From Podarcis filfolensis (taxonomy: Eukaryota): a stretch of 64,000 bases of DNA. Made by a program: the position numbers and the translations under genes. Below, in pieces: positions 1 through 12,200 of the stretch; position 1 is the stretch's first letter; every line of letters begins with the position of its first letter. A model generated the notes under the pieces. The model was not told the origin of the DNA, searched no databases, and saw nothing but the letters and a program-made list of their open reading frames with translations. The stretch is from assembly GCA_964270895.1 (NCBI GenBank), contig OZ185442.1; one strand, written 5' to 3'.

Positions 1-2089
1 AGGCAGACAGTGTTTTGAAAGGCTCTTTCAAAGACTGGTCGCTGCTTGTGGTATATATACTCATTTCAGCTCAACAGATCTGACAGGTTCTTGTATGTTT
101 TCCCTTTTATCTCTTCTAAGCACAATTGTCTTGGTTTCTACTCTGAACTCCATGGTGCTCTGGAGCAGTGTTGAGTAAGCAGGTGTGCTTCCAAAGATGT
201 GCTTCTTGAGTCACAAAGAATAAACCCCCAAATTGTCTCTTTCCCACAAGCAGCCAGATTGTTTCCTTCATCTCTTACTTCAAGGGGCCCTGGAATCGCT
301 GGCTTCTATCTTTCATTAAACTGTTGAGCTTGATGCTTTTGATAAATTACCTGGTAGCTTTGCCCTGGTGCCAGGTTAACCTGAATGATGCTGTTTTGTC
401 AAAGAGCTTTGGACTCCTTTCATAAAGCAGGCGCAGGAGTTATTCTCTTGTGGGAGGGAGGGAGGGAGGAAGACTGCAGCATGCGAAGGAGAAGACTGCA
501 CACACCCTCCAGGAACTTGTATGGGGAGTGATGCTCCCAAGGCAAAAAGGAGTGGGAGACAGAGACAAACAAATATTGGTCTCCAAGCACCTGGATTCAG
601 AGTTGCTGCTCTACGTTCTAAGTCTGAAAAAGGCTCCTCTTTCAGATCCAGATTATTTGGAGAAATTGGGTGTACTGTGCCCATCTGGAAAATGGGTGGG
701 TTTCCCTCCAATTATCTCACAGGCACTGGGACCAGGAGTTGTCACCTAAAGTTGCCAGGTCATCAGTGGTGACCAGCAACCTTATATTGGCAACTACATG
801 GAGCAACTGTAATGTCGTTTTCTGTGCCACATGAGTCACATATTTTTGAAAAGCTGATAACACAGGGAGCCAGGGAGTGTCTCTTTTGAAATGTGGGTTG
901 TTTGGGGGTGCAGCTTTAGTTTGTGCATTGGAGGGATTGCTCTCTTTCTCTCTCTCTTTCTCTCTCTCCCCTCACCCCCCAGCAATCTGGCCACTGAATC
1001 CAGGCAAAATTTGTAGACCCGACTGGGGCTTCATACTCTCCAGCATTTCTCTGATGCAGTTGCTATGGGGCAGCAATAGGGCAGGGCTGTTGCCTCCCTG
1101 CTCTGCTTGTGAGCTTCTTGGAGGCATCCAGTTGGGTGCTGTGGGGAGCAGAATGCCAGATTAGGTGGACCCACTTGTTCGGCTGGGGGTTGGTTGTGGT
1201 TGAAATGATGGTTCAGTACATCGTAAGGGTTGGTTTCTTTCCTGGCGTACGCAACTCCATGAGTTGGCTGACTAATTTCTAAAAGACTTGCATCTCCCTG
1301 TTAGGCACTTCTGGAAATCAGGCTGACCAATCCTGTGATTTCTCATTGATGAGTGGGGAATCACTCTGCACATGCTCAGGGGCATTGTCTCACTGCCATG
1401 TGCTGCAGGGCTGAGCCCTGGCATCATCAATTGGTTCCTGGGCTGTGCTCTGCTGAGCCTTGGCTCAGACTAAGCTCTGGGTTTCCTCCTCGCTTCCTTG
1501 CAACTTTTCTTCACTTGGATGGGACCGTTCCAGGCTGCTGAGCTGTGACTCTTTTGGGACGGTGCTTTATTTACTTTTTCTGCAAATGAAAATCTGGTTG
1601 CTCTTCCAGTTTCTGCTTCCTGTTTTCCGACAGCGCAAACCCAGCATCCTGTATAGAAACCTCTGGAGTCTTAACACTGTACTTAAAAAAAACGAAAAGA
1701 AATTGGCATGGACCATGGTAGGGTGGGAGGGAGAGCTGTACTTATTTAATATTGCACTGGAATCCTCGCTCTGCACCACTCCCCACTCTCTCCCCCTGCC
1801 TCTGGGGCAATATCGGCACTCTTAAACCAAAGCAATCCAAGTTTCCAGGGCCCCCAGCCAAATTGCTGGGATAGGGATGCAAGACGTTTGTGTTTAAACA
1901 GTGCTTAAACGCTAAGAGGCTAAAGCTATGAGGATGGAATGGGTGGAGAACCTGCATCCCAGAGTTTGTTTCTCTGGGGCTGCTGGAGAGGGAGATAGAC
2001 TAGACCAGAGGGAGCAGTGGAAGGCTCCCAAGGAAAGCCTCCTCTTGGAGGAGAAGGCTGATTTGTGTGTTGTACTGTACTGTATAGGG

Positions 2090-2225
2090 CAGGCACCCCC
2101 AAACTCAGCCCTCCAGATGTTTTGAGACTACAATTCCCATCATCCCTGACCACTGGTCCTGTTAGCTAGGGATGATGGGAGTTGTAGTCCCAAAACATCT
2201 GGAGGGCCGAGTTTGGGGGTGCCTG
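2090..2225. mobile_element. Palindromic hAT-type MITE
   Basis: TIRs CAGGCACCCCCAAACTC / GAGTTTGGGGGTGCCTG, internal ACTACAATTCCCATCATC / GATGATGGGAGTTGTAGT. Perfect 8-bp TSD GTATAGGG at 2082-2089 and 2226-2233. Confidence 0.92.
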
Positions 2226-2276
2226 GTATAGGGCTTTACTTTTTTTGCATCCTCCCAATAGTGTGTAGCAAGGATA

Positions 2277-2597
2277 AAGGTAAAGGTACCCCTGACCGTT
2301 AGGTCCAGTCGTGACCAACTGGGGTTGCGGCGCTCATCTCGCTTTATTGGCCTAGGGAGCCAGTGTGGCCAGCATGACTAAGCCGCTTCTGGCGAACCAG
2401 AGCAGCGCACGGAAATGCTGTTTACCTTCCCACTGGAGTGGTACCTATTTATCTACTTGCACTTTGACGTGCTTTTGAACTGCTAGGTTAGCAGGAGCAG
2501 GGACCGAGCAGCAGGAGCTCACCCTGTCGCGGGGATTCGAACCGCCGACCTTCTGATTCGGCAAGACCTAGGCTCTGTGGTTTAACCCGCGCCCCTA
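2277..2597 (-). mobile_element. Sauria SINE
   Basis: Reverse-strand tRNA-like head (B box GGTTCGAATCC) and ACCTTT tail. TSD TAGCAAGGATA at 2266-2276 and 2598-2608. Confidence 0.92.
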
Positions 2598-2734
2598 TAG
2601 CAAGGATAGGGGAGCCAAATTTAGCCTCTCTGTCAGGCCACACCCTCTCTCCTCTGGCTACGCCCCTCACCAACCCTGCTCCACACACCCTCCTTGATTT
2701 CTCTTCCTCCAAGGAAGTGGCATACACAGTTCTC

Positions 2735-2898
2735 CTTCTCATTCATTCCCCACAACAACCCTGTGAGGTAGGTTACGTTGAGAGGCAGGGACTGAATCAA
2801 GGTCATAGCCAGTGAACATCCTGGCTAAGTGGGGATTTGAACCCTGGTCTCCCAGGTCCCAGTCCAACACTCTTAACCACTGTAACACGCTGGCTCTA
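2735..2898 (-). mobile_element. MIR/CORE-like SINE
   Basis: CACAACAACCCTGTGAGGTAGG...AAGGTCA...GGGATTTGAACCCTGGTCTCCCAGG...CACTCTTAACCACT. A similar fragment lies at about 22770-22880. Confidence 0.7.
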
Positions 2899-3695
2899 GC
2901 TTGCTACGGCACAAGGCTACTGTACAAGGGTAGAATTATCTTTTGTTTTTCTGCCCACTTTTGCTCATTGTCCCACCCACTGCTGGCATGTTTAAGGTGT
3001 TGATACAAACATGTAAGTGCCGCCTCTGCAGTAACTCAAAACAGGGCTTTTAGCTGTCCCTGTCCAGATATGACAGGCTGCCACTATCTGCACTTTGCGG
3101 AAACAATTGAAGACAGCTTTTTATCCTGACAAACTTTTCCAGCTGGATGCAAATGTCTCTGCCGTGGGTGTCTGTTTTGTATTGTTTTGTGTTTTAAATT
3201 GTTTTGTTCTTTTTGTTTGAATTGCACGTGACGCTAAGACAATTGTGTAGAAGTTGATTTATGCATACATGATTAATAATGTGGCCACTGGAAGTGAATA
3301 TGGTCCTCAGGTTGTAAAAGTTTCTCACCCTTGCCATACAGCTTGGTTTACTTGCCTGGGTTCCCTCCACTTTCGATCAGGATTCCAATACCACAGCAAG
3401 GAGAAAGAACGGGTGCTGAAGGCAAGAAAGGGTTAAAGTGATAGAGCTGATTTCTAGAGTGGTGAGGCAGATCATAGAAAAAGACATGGCTAGAGCAAAC
3501 TGGGAAGTGGCAAGAATCTGACTGGCCTGAATAGCAGTGTGAGCAGCCTCCTTATGGGGTGGGGGGTTGCACGGGTATGGGGGGTGGGTGGGAAGACAGC
3601 TTAGCCGGAAAGCACAAGGTCGGGGATGAACAAAATGCCCAGTGTGGAAGCAGCCTTGGATGGTATCACACACTTGGTGTGTGTGTCCCTCCGTC

Positions 3696-3700
3696 TATTA

Positions 3701-3752
<52 letters not shown>

Positions 3753-3755
3753 CAT
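3696..3755. repeat. (TAT)n microsatellite
   Basis: About 19 units; accounts for the poly-I, poly-L and poly-Y ORFs. Confidence 0.95.
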
Positions 3756-6426
3756 TTCTATACCGCTTTAAGAAAAATCTCCACCCACTGCATGTTCCCC
3801 CAATCCCCCACTACTTTGCCCTTGACAGCACCAGACAAATTTACTCCTGCCTGCCTGCAAATATAAACACATCTCTTTTTAAAATATGGCTCCTCCCCAT
3901 GTTAATATTTTTATTCCTGTTTGGTGGATGAAACGATTGCAGCCTTTTGATGTATCTTTTTAATTAAACATTTTTTCAACGAGACTTAGGGAGGATCTTT
4001 TAAAGGATTTTACGCTGCAGAAGCTGTTAAGCTGAGCTGTCCTTTCTGTGCAGGGCGGCAGGGATATATGCGTGCTCACGAGGGAGCATTTGTACCTTTT
4101 GGTGCCTCCTCCCCACCCCGTAGCCTGAAGTGGTACAATCCAGGAAAAGCTTGATCGAGTCTGTTGATATATAAACGGGTTTAAGACATGGAACCCAGCC
4201 TGGAACTATGTAGATAAAAGGGGTGGGGCTATGCAGTTAGAGAATGAATGACTCCCTCCTGCCCTCCCACCTCAGACGGGGTTGGGGCAAAGTAAGCCTT
4301 TGCAGTTGGTGTCTGTGTCTTCCTCTGTTCCAGTAACAGATTATGCTGTCAGCATAAGATCATTAGTCTTGTTACTTGTTTCTGGAAATCCGCATAGGCT
4401 GTACATGGGTGTTAAGGATCAGGCATTCTGATTTATTTATTTTTTACAAAAGGAGAAGCTGGGGAAAAGAATCCCCACCCTCTCCTGATAAGATGTATGA
4501 CACATGCTGTCATATGCAAGGTGCTAAATCATCTTGAACCCGCCTTATCCTGAGTCAACCTTCTAGTCCAGCATTTCTTCCTCCCAGTAGCACTGGCATC
4601 CCTCCAAGGCCTCAGAAAAAGGCATTTGCTAACATTGCCAGCTGATAAAACTGAAGGCATTGAGGTCCATCTGAAGGCATTAAGGACCATCCTCTCTCAC
4701 TGAGCTACAAGCGTTTCCCTGTGTATACATGAAGTTCCCTTACTCTGTATTGAGCAATCGGTTCATCTGACCCAGCGTCATCCACTCTGGCTGGCAGCTG
4801 GACGGGGACGGGACACACACTTTCTCATCACCTGTTACTAGGGCTTCTTGTAAGCAAAATTTCAAACTGCTCAGGGGTGTGTGCTTATAATTTGAATGCA
4901 AAGTGTGCACCACTACAACACGCTAGTGCATTTTACTTGTGTGTGTGCACATGCTTTTCTGCTAAAGTCTCCTTCAGTGATGTTTAGAAGCCTACACAGA
5001 GTGGGAGAAAATCCTCAGCTGGCAATTTGGCATCTAGAATGAAGAGGGATCTTGAAGAGAGAGTTGAGAACTCAGACTTCCTAAGTGCCTCTTAGAGGTC
5101 AATATGCTGGGGACTCTTGTTACCGTGATAAATCTAGATGGGAGATTTACCTCTTTTCAAAGCTCAGATTGGATAATTTTGTGCTGTGATTATGCTTTCA
5201 GGCAGAAATCTTTCATGTTGCTTTGCCCCAGTAAGGTCTCTGTTAAGAATGCCACACTGGATATTTCTGGCATTACCATTGCCATTATCATAATACTTGC
5301 AACCTCATATGACTTGCCAGGAAAGGGGTCTCCCTGCAATTATTTCCTTCCTGGGTACAGACATTGATGAATACTCTGCAGAGACAGAGCAGCCATGGTG
5401 CCTGTGGGGAGGGTGTTTTCTGGGGGTGGGGAAAGAAGAAATGGGCTTCAGGGCAGCCCAGGCCACTTAATTTACCTTTTGCATTGTTGTCACTTTTTGC
5501 ATCACCTGACATAGTACATACATGACTTGAATTTTTGAACTGCCCCCCCATTAAACAAAAAATAAAAACCCACCTGCCTGTTACTTGATCCATTTAAGTG
5601 GGGATTCTGGAGCTTGAATTTGGGTCTGCGTGCATGCAAAGTTCCTGCACTCATCTCTGGCCCCTCTTGAAACTCTGCCCGGAGTAGTTTCGGCTAACAC
5701 TCTCCCCTTTCCCTTCTGTGTGTTTCCTTTATGTGCATCTGGAATTCAGCGAGAGTAAATTTATATTCTATTATTAGAAAAAGAAATCACCAAGGAGATG
5801 TGTGAGTCTGTTCAGCCAGTCAGGCCAGAGAGGTATCAAATCACTCTCTAATTAATATTTTAGAAAACCTTTTCCTCTTCTGGGTGCATCACTGTTACTG
5901 GGATGGAAGGGTGATCAGGGAGGTACAGAATCTCAAAATACTTGCTTTGATTCTGTCTTGAGTGAGATATATATTTAGAGAGAAAGAGAAAGAGAGAGTG
6001 ACCCACCTTTGCTGTAGGATCCTGAGTGGTGTGTCACAATGACTGGCCTGGGAGTTCCCATAGTGGGGGTGTCTATTGCTGACTCGAAGCCTGGTGGGGC
6101 TCACCGGAACCCAGGCTGAGCCAGAGTGGTGTATGCCTAGGCACATGGGATTTTCCCCAAAACTGATAGCATAGAGTGGCCGTCCTGTGGCCGTCCAGGT
6201 ATTAATGAACTCCCATCAGCCCTAGACAGCATTGCTAGTAGTCAGAGATGAAGGCAGCTGAGCCACATCCAGAGAAAGCAGCATAATTGTATGCCAGGTT
6301 CATTGCCATAATCTGAGCTCTTGCCCAGGGTTTCACAAGTATCCAGAGGGTGCCTTGGCACATGGGAAGCTGCCTTATTAGGCCACCTGGCAGGCAGCAG
6401 CTCTCCATGGTTTTGGGGAGAGGGGA

Positions 6427-6859
6427 TGTCCTGGCTCTTCTCACCAGACTCAAACCTTGAACTATCACCACAAATGGAAGTTCTAAAGGTTTTATTTATG
6501 GAATCTGTGTAGCATCCCAACATGGGTCAGCAGATCACAAATTGCTTAGGCATGGCAGAGATCTCCAATTTAGAGACCCTTCCACTGCATCTGGACTACC
6601 ACGATCCAGGCTACTGGGACTCTTCCCTGCTCAGCTTCTCATCCCCCAGCCTGATAGGACCTCCCCAGCATCCTCCTCCTCTGACTCTTCAGTTTCCTCC
6701 CATTCCTCCCTCTCCAGGATGTCTCCATGGGAAGCCTTTCTTGTCACCCTGCTCCCTGAGCTATGACTGGTGATATTTGGGACTGAACCTGAGCCTGAAC
6801 CTTCTGCATGCCGTGTTTGGGGTCTGCGGCCTCCAATTGGCAGAACTGGCATGGTTACA
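6427..6859 (-). mobile_element. Putative solo LTR of a related family
   Basis: The minus strand starts TGTAACC and ends CAGGACA, with AATAAA near the end and an E-rich interior (EREEWEETEESEEED). No TSD recognised. Confidence 0.45.
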
Positions 6860-6889
6860 TCTGCAACATAATACCCTTTCTTCATGTAT

Positions 6890-7180
6890 AAGCACTCGAT
6901 TTTATAGTGCAGCATCGCTTACACTTTGGAACTCCCTGCCAATTGACATCAGGCAGGCACCTTTGCTATATAATTTTGGTGACTGCTAAAATATTCTTGT
7001 TTAGACAAGCCTACCCAGATCTTTAGAAAGTTGGTGCAGGTTTTAGCTTTCTGAACATTTTAAATTATTGTCAATTTTCTCACTGATATTTTTATAAATT
7101 GTTTTATCTTTTTTTGGAAGCCGCTTTGAGGTTTGTTTGCTTTTACAATCAAGCAGTGTATAATTTTTTAATGAAATAAA
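6890..7180 (+). mobile_element. L2-clade LINE 3' end
   Basis: Translates as ...LTLWNSLPIDIRQAPLLYNF..., the typical L2 RT C-terminus, followed by an AT-rich tail. Confidence 0.7.
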
Positions 7181-7953
7181 TTCCCACTGTTCACAAGTTT
7201 CTCCACCTTCCCAACTTTTAAAAGCCCCCCTCCTCTCTGCAGACAGTCTTCCCTCCAGGCTCTACTTGGTTGAAAGCCAGCTGCAGCGGAGCAGGTTTAG
7301 CGGCTCAGGATTGCGGTAGACAGAGGAAGCCCTCCAGATAAATGGGTGCAGGGTTTCTGACAACTGTACTTTCTGCCAGGCAAGCGGTCTGAGCAGGCTA
7401 TTGGCTGTGGGGTGTCCCCCTTTTGCTGAGATTTTTGCTTGTGGCTCCTGCTGGAGCCGAGGAGGCTGAAGGAATGGACATCTCATCCTCTTCAGCTGTT
7501 TTGGATGCTGTTGGGTCTCGCTGAGCACAGTCTGATGGGAGATCCTTGGGATTCCAAAAGCCAAGAGGCGGCTGAGCGCCCCGGGGGCACCCCAAGAAGC
7601 AGAGAGCTCCCCTCCCCTCCCCCCCTCCTCTTGCTTTTGGGATGCTGAGGCAATTTCCTGTGCATGGCAAGCAGTCCTGGGTTTCTAAAGCCAGCTGGAG
7701 CAGTCCCTTTCTCTTTCTCCCTTTCCCAGTCCCGGAATTCCAGACATGCTTCTTCAGAAGGAGGGAGAGAGAAGCTTTGTCAGCATCAATGAGTTTAGCA
7801 CTGGAGCAGGCAGGGAGTTAACCACTTCACAGCTGTGCAGGAGTGGACACCCCAGGCATGGAAGTATGGTGGTAGATGGGGAAGTGTAACCATATCCCAA
7901 TGCTTTTATGGCTGAAAATGCATGTGCTATAGCAGCAAAAGCAAAGGTATTTT

Positions 7954-7955
<2 letters not shown>

Positions 7956-7992
<37 letters not shown>
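7956..7992. repeat. (GT)n microsatellite
   Basis: Direct reading. Confidence 0.95.
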
Positions 7993-7993
<1 letters not shown>

Positions 7994-8967
7994 TCACTTC
8001 TGGATTTTTTTCTGGAGATGCTGCTGCTGGAATCCTTGGCTTCTTAAAAGGTGCCTACAAAGTTTCACTCCTTGTTCTGAGGCTTCTCCAGGGCATTCTT
8101 CCAATCTAAGGGGCAAACCCCAGAATCCCTTGCCGTGTTGCAGACGGCCAATCCTGACTCCCAATGTTTTGGTTATGGGGCTGGCATTCAGAGCCAGAGA
8201 AAGAGTGACTTAATAGTACATGGCTTCTCTGAGCCTATGTAGATTACCTTCCGGCCTTTGAGATCAAATGGGGCATCCTTAAACACCGTTGAATCCAAGC
8301 ATTTATCTTTGGTGTTGGGAGTGAATGTTGCTCAGGTTCAAGAGCCCTGCTTATTTGTCTTTCAACCCATGTTTTCAAGGTATTGACTTCAAATGTGTTC
8401 CAAGCATGTGGTATATGTCTGGCTGCACAGAAGTAAAGCTGGCCCAAATCTGTTGAAGACTAGTTGTGCCTGCTCACTTCTGAAGCTCAGCCACTGTGCA
8501 TGTCCCCAGAGACACTGTCTTTGTTCTTACCACCCTTCACATTTTCTTGGACTGAGCCCTGACACTGAAATCTGGTTCAGGGTCTAAGTTTTGTCATATG
8601 TTAAGCTGACCCAACTCGTTAAATGGATAACACAGTGGAAGAATATTAGTTAGATTGTTCACAAGGCCTTATTTTCTTTCTTTGTTCCCCTTCCCATTGC
8701 ACTTCTTGTCTTGGGGCTGAGTGTTTGTGCAGGGATGTGGAGAGGCCTCAGGCCCTTTCTGGCCTCTCTTTGTGGGCCCCCTCCAATTGTCTCTCTGGGC
8801 CACCACCCCTCCCCAGCCATACATCTCAGCACCCTTAATTTGCACCCCACATTGAGTATTTACCTTGCTGGGATGTGTCTTTGAACTCTGCTAATGCCTC
8901 ATGCTGGCCTGGATGCAGAGGAGTGTGCAGAAACAATCTTGCTGTGGAAAGGCAAAATTTACATTTA

Positions 8968-9209
8968 CAGTGGTACCTCTGGTTACGTACTTAATTTGTT
9001 CCGGAGGTCCGTTCTTAACCTGAAACTGTTCTTAACCTGAAGCACCACTTTAGCTAATGGGGCCTCCTGCTGCTGCCTCGCTGCCGGAGCACGATTTCTG
9101 TTTTTATCCTGAAGCAAATTTCTTAACCCGAGGTACCATTTCTGGGTTAGCGGAGTCTGTAACCTGAAGTGTATGTAACCTGAAGCGTATGTAACCCGAA
9201 GTACCACTG
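8968..9209. mobile_element. Tc1/mariner-pogo (Tigger-like) MITE
   Basis: TA|CAGTGGTACCTC ... GAAGTACCACTG|TA. Confidence 0.92.
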
Positions 9210-12200
9210 TATTGCTTTGCTCACTTTTACCTCTGGCCTTACCCACCCCTGGTGTGTGAGCCCAGGAAGACTGCCCAGAAGGGAATGTGCCCCCCCTGTC
9301 CAGTTGAGTACACTGAGCCTGTCTTGCCACCTTTGGTGTGCTCACCACAGCCTGCCAGTTTTCTTGTGATCTGCTGCAGACTTCAGTTCCACGCAGCTCT
9401 GCCTGATCTTTTCCTGGCCACTGTTCCTCCAGCCCCTGACCTACTTTTCCTCCTCACAATTGAGTGTTTGTGAGCAGGGGGAGGGAGACAAAGAAATGCT
9501 AAAAAAGTTTCAAGTTACTTTTTATCATCTTGGAGGGGGGGAATGCAGGCTTTGAGCGGTCAATAGTCTGGGACAAAAGTGAGCTGAGGGCACTGTCCGA
9601 TGGCTACGGTGGTCTGGGTCATCGATAGAAGCTTCAGCTGTGCCCAAACCACGTTCTTCCCAGGCCAGTAAATGTAATTTTGCTTAAACAGCCATCTGCC
9701 CCCTTTACTTGCCAAGGAGCATGTGCAACCCCCTCCAATCTCTTTCAATGAGGGTCCAGGAAAAGCAGGGGAACAGGGAAGAGGGAGGGAGGAACCCTTC
9801 CCGCTTCTGTACAATAAAATTGGACGCTGACCAACCTGTTCCTCTCATGGGAGGCCAGCTCTGCTCTTGCTGTGGCTTCCAAACAGTGCCAGGATGTGGC
9901 TTTGCAGTGGTGGGTGGGCTTCCAGACCCTCTTCAGAACTGCTGAGGAGAGGATAAGGATGCCATGCTGTTCTGGTGGAGAGTGCTAAGCGCAACTGCTC
10001 CCCACCCCCTTCAGCATGTCTTTGGCACTTCCTAATTAGCAAAGAAGCGTTTTTTTCCAAGTCCTAATGGTCGTTTGTCTCCAATAGGCAGATGACACCC
10101 AGCTCTGCTTTTCTGTTTGTTCCATAAGCAGCAGAGGCAGTGCAGGTTCTGAATCGGTGCATAGAAGCAATAATGAGCTGGAAGTGAAGCAAAATATTGA
10201 AATTAAATCCAGACAAGACAGAGTTTCTGTTGCTAGGCATTTCCCAGGTCCAGGATTTGGTGATACAGGCTGTTTTGGACAGATTTGCAACCCCCTGCTC
10301 CCTTGAAGAAGCAAATGGGGATTCTTGGTTCTGCTAGAACTGTTATTGTCACTTGAGGCCCAGGAGACCTCAGTCACTAGGAGTGCCTGTGCCTGCCTTT
10401 GATTGATGTATCAACTACAGGCTTTTCTGGACAGGGACAGTGGTGTCAGTTATCCATGCTCCTGTAATCTCCAGGATAGACAGCTGTAACTAATTTTATG
10501 TGGGGCTGCCCTTGAAAGTGATCAACTTGTGCAGAATGTCATGGCCAGGGTTTGGTGGCAGCAGGGAGTCAGTCACGTGTAACTTTCAAACAGCCAAATT
10601 CATTGCCAGTTATCTTCCAGACCCACTTCAAGGTGCAATTAAAACCCTGAATTGGCCTGGGCCCCAAATATTGGAGAGAGCACCTTCTCCCATATCAACC
10701 TGCCCATACGTTAAGATCAGTGGAAGAGGCTCTTCTGCTGGTTTCTGCATGACATGCATTCCACCAGTGGGAAGGTGAGATTCAGTGCATTCATGATGGA
10801 GGTGGGGACTTGAATCCATGTTTCCCAGACCAAAGTCAGGCTTGGTTGATTCTTGGAGGTGGAAGATCCTCCCCCTGTTGACTCATGTGGTGTTTGTCCT
10901 TATTGGCTGCTGGCTTTCCATGCAGTTTGGAATTTTTTTCACCTTTTTATGTTCTTGCACTACAGCATGGCCAAATGCTTAAAGCGATGCAATTTGCTAG
11001 GAAAATCTACCTAAGGGAAACGAGTAGGAGGTCCAGTAGCAGCTGCTGCAGGTATTGTTGCATTGGGTATTCAGCTGCGCCCTCTTGCAAAGATTTGTTT
11101 GGCCCAGGTGTGAAACAGTCCCTTGAGCATCCTTCCAATAGCATGGCGTTCCAGTTGTATCACTCCCATGTTGCATGTGGGAAGTTGTAGTTTTTGCTTA
11201 CACACCTAGGATCCTCCTGTTGAAGTGAGTTTTGGACCCACATCTTCCAACTGTAAGATAGTGAATCAGTTTGGAGTGGTGAAGGAAGCACATCATCAAC
11301 CCCGGTTCTCAACAGCTGCCCTGCCAGGCTTCCTTTGGTCTTACATGCCCATTGTTGTGGGGTACATTGTCTTAATCTCCTTGCCCCCAGCCTTCTCCGC
11401 AACCACCAGCCCCAGGTAACCCAAGTACTACCTTGACTCCACAGCTTGTTTAGATCATGGTAAATAAGCAGATAGCTTTACTGAATTTATTTGCTTTGTA
11501 TTTGTGGAGGGACCAGTCGCTTGGCTCTAAGCTTTGGCCCAGCCTGCCTGTTTCTTTTCAGGGAAAGGCCACAGCTTAGTGGCCAGGCACCTACTTGAGA
11601 CTGCAGAGAGCCACTGCTTATTGGAGGAGACAATCCTGAGCCAAGAGAGAGCATGCTCTGTGTTAGACAGCTTCCTTTTGGGTTCACTTGGTTACATTTA
11701 TAAGGGTGAGCAGGTTTTGTTTGGGCCGAGCTATTGCTATCTGGGCACGGAGACTTTTGTTGTCTAGTTGTTTCGTTTCCAGTTGATTGGAACCTTTCGG
11801 GCTGGATCAACTTAAAGATTGATTAAGTCCAGCCTTCTGGCATTCATGCAGATTCCTCACCCACCCAACAAGGACTCTGTCTGCCCTTTGGAGCGAGGCA
11901 GATCCTCTTCCCAGGAGGTTCCGCCAGGCTTAGAGCGAGTGCTGTGCTCTCCCTTCCGCTTGGTCTATCGTGAGCGATCAGGTCTGCTCTGGCTCAGGGA
12001 AAATGAATGTGTCCCTCCCTCTCTCTGTGGTTGCTGCAGATCAATAAATCAATCCCTGAGTAAGGGCAGTGTCCCCCATTGATGTGAAGGCAGATGATGG
12101 TGCCATTCCAGTGGAAGTATCAGGGTGGGTGGAGGGAAGGTGCTAATTCGCCAGTCTCTGCTTTGTGTCTGATTTTCCAGCTTTGCCATTCTCTAAAGAG

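Noticed and set aside
11819-12066. Cys-containing ORF with a possible phase-1 donor TGA|GTAAGG
   Set aside because: Weak exon-side donor, would give N rather than D at the junction, and no recognisable similarity.
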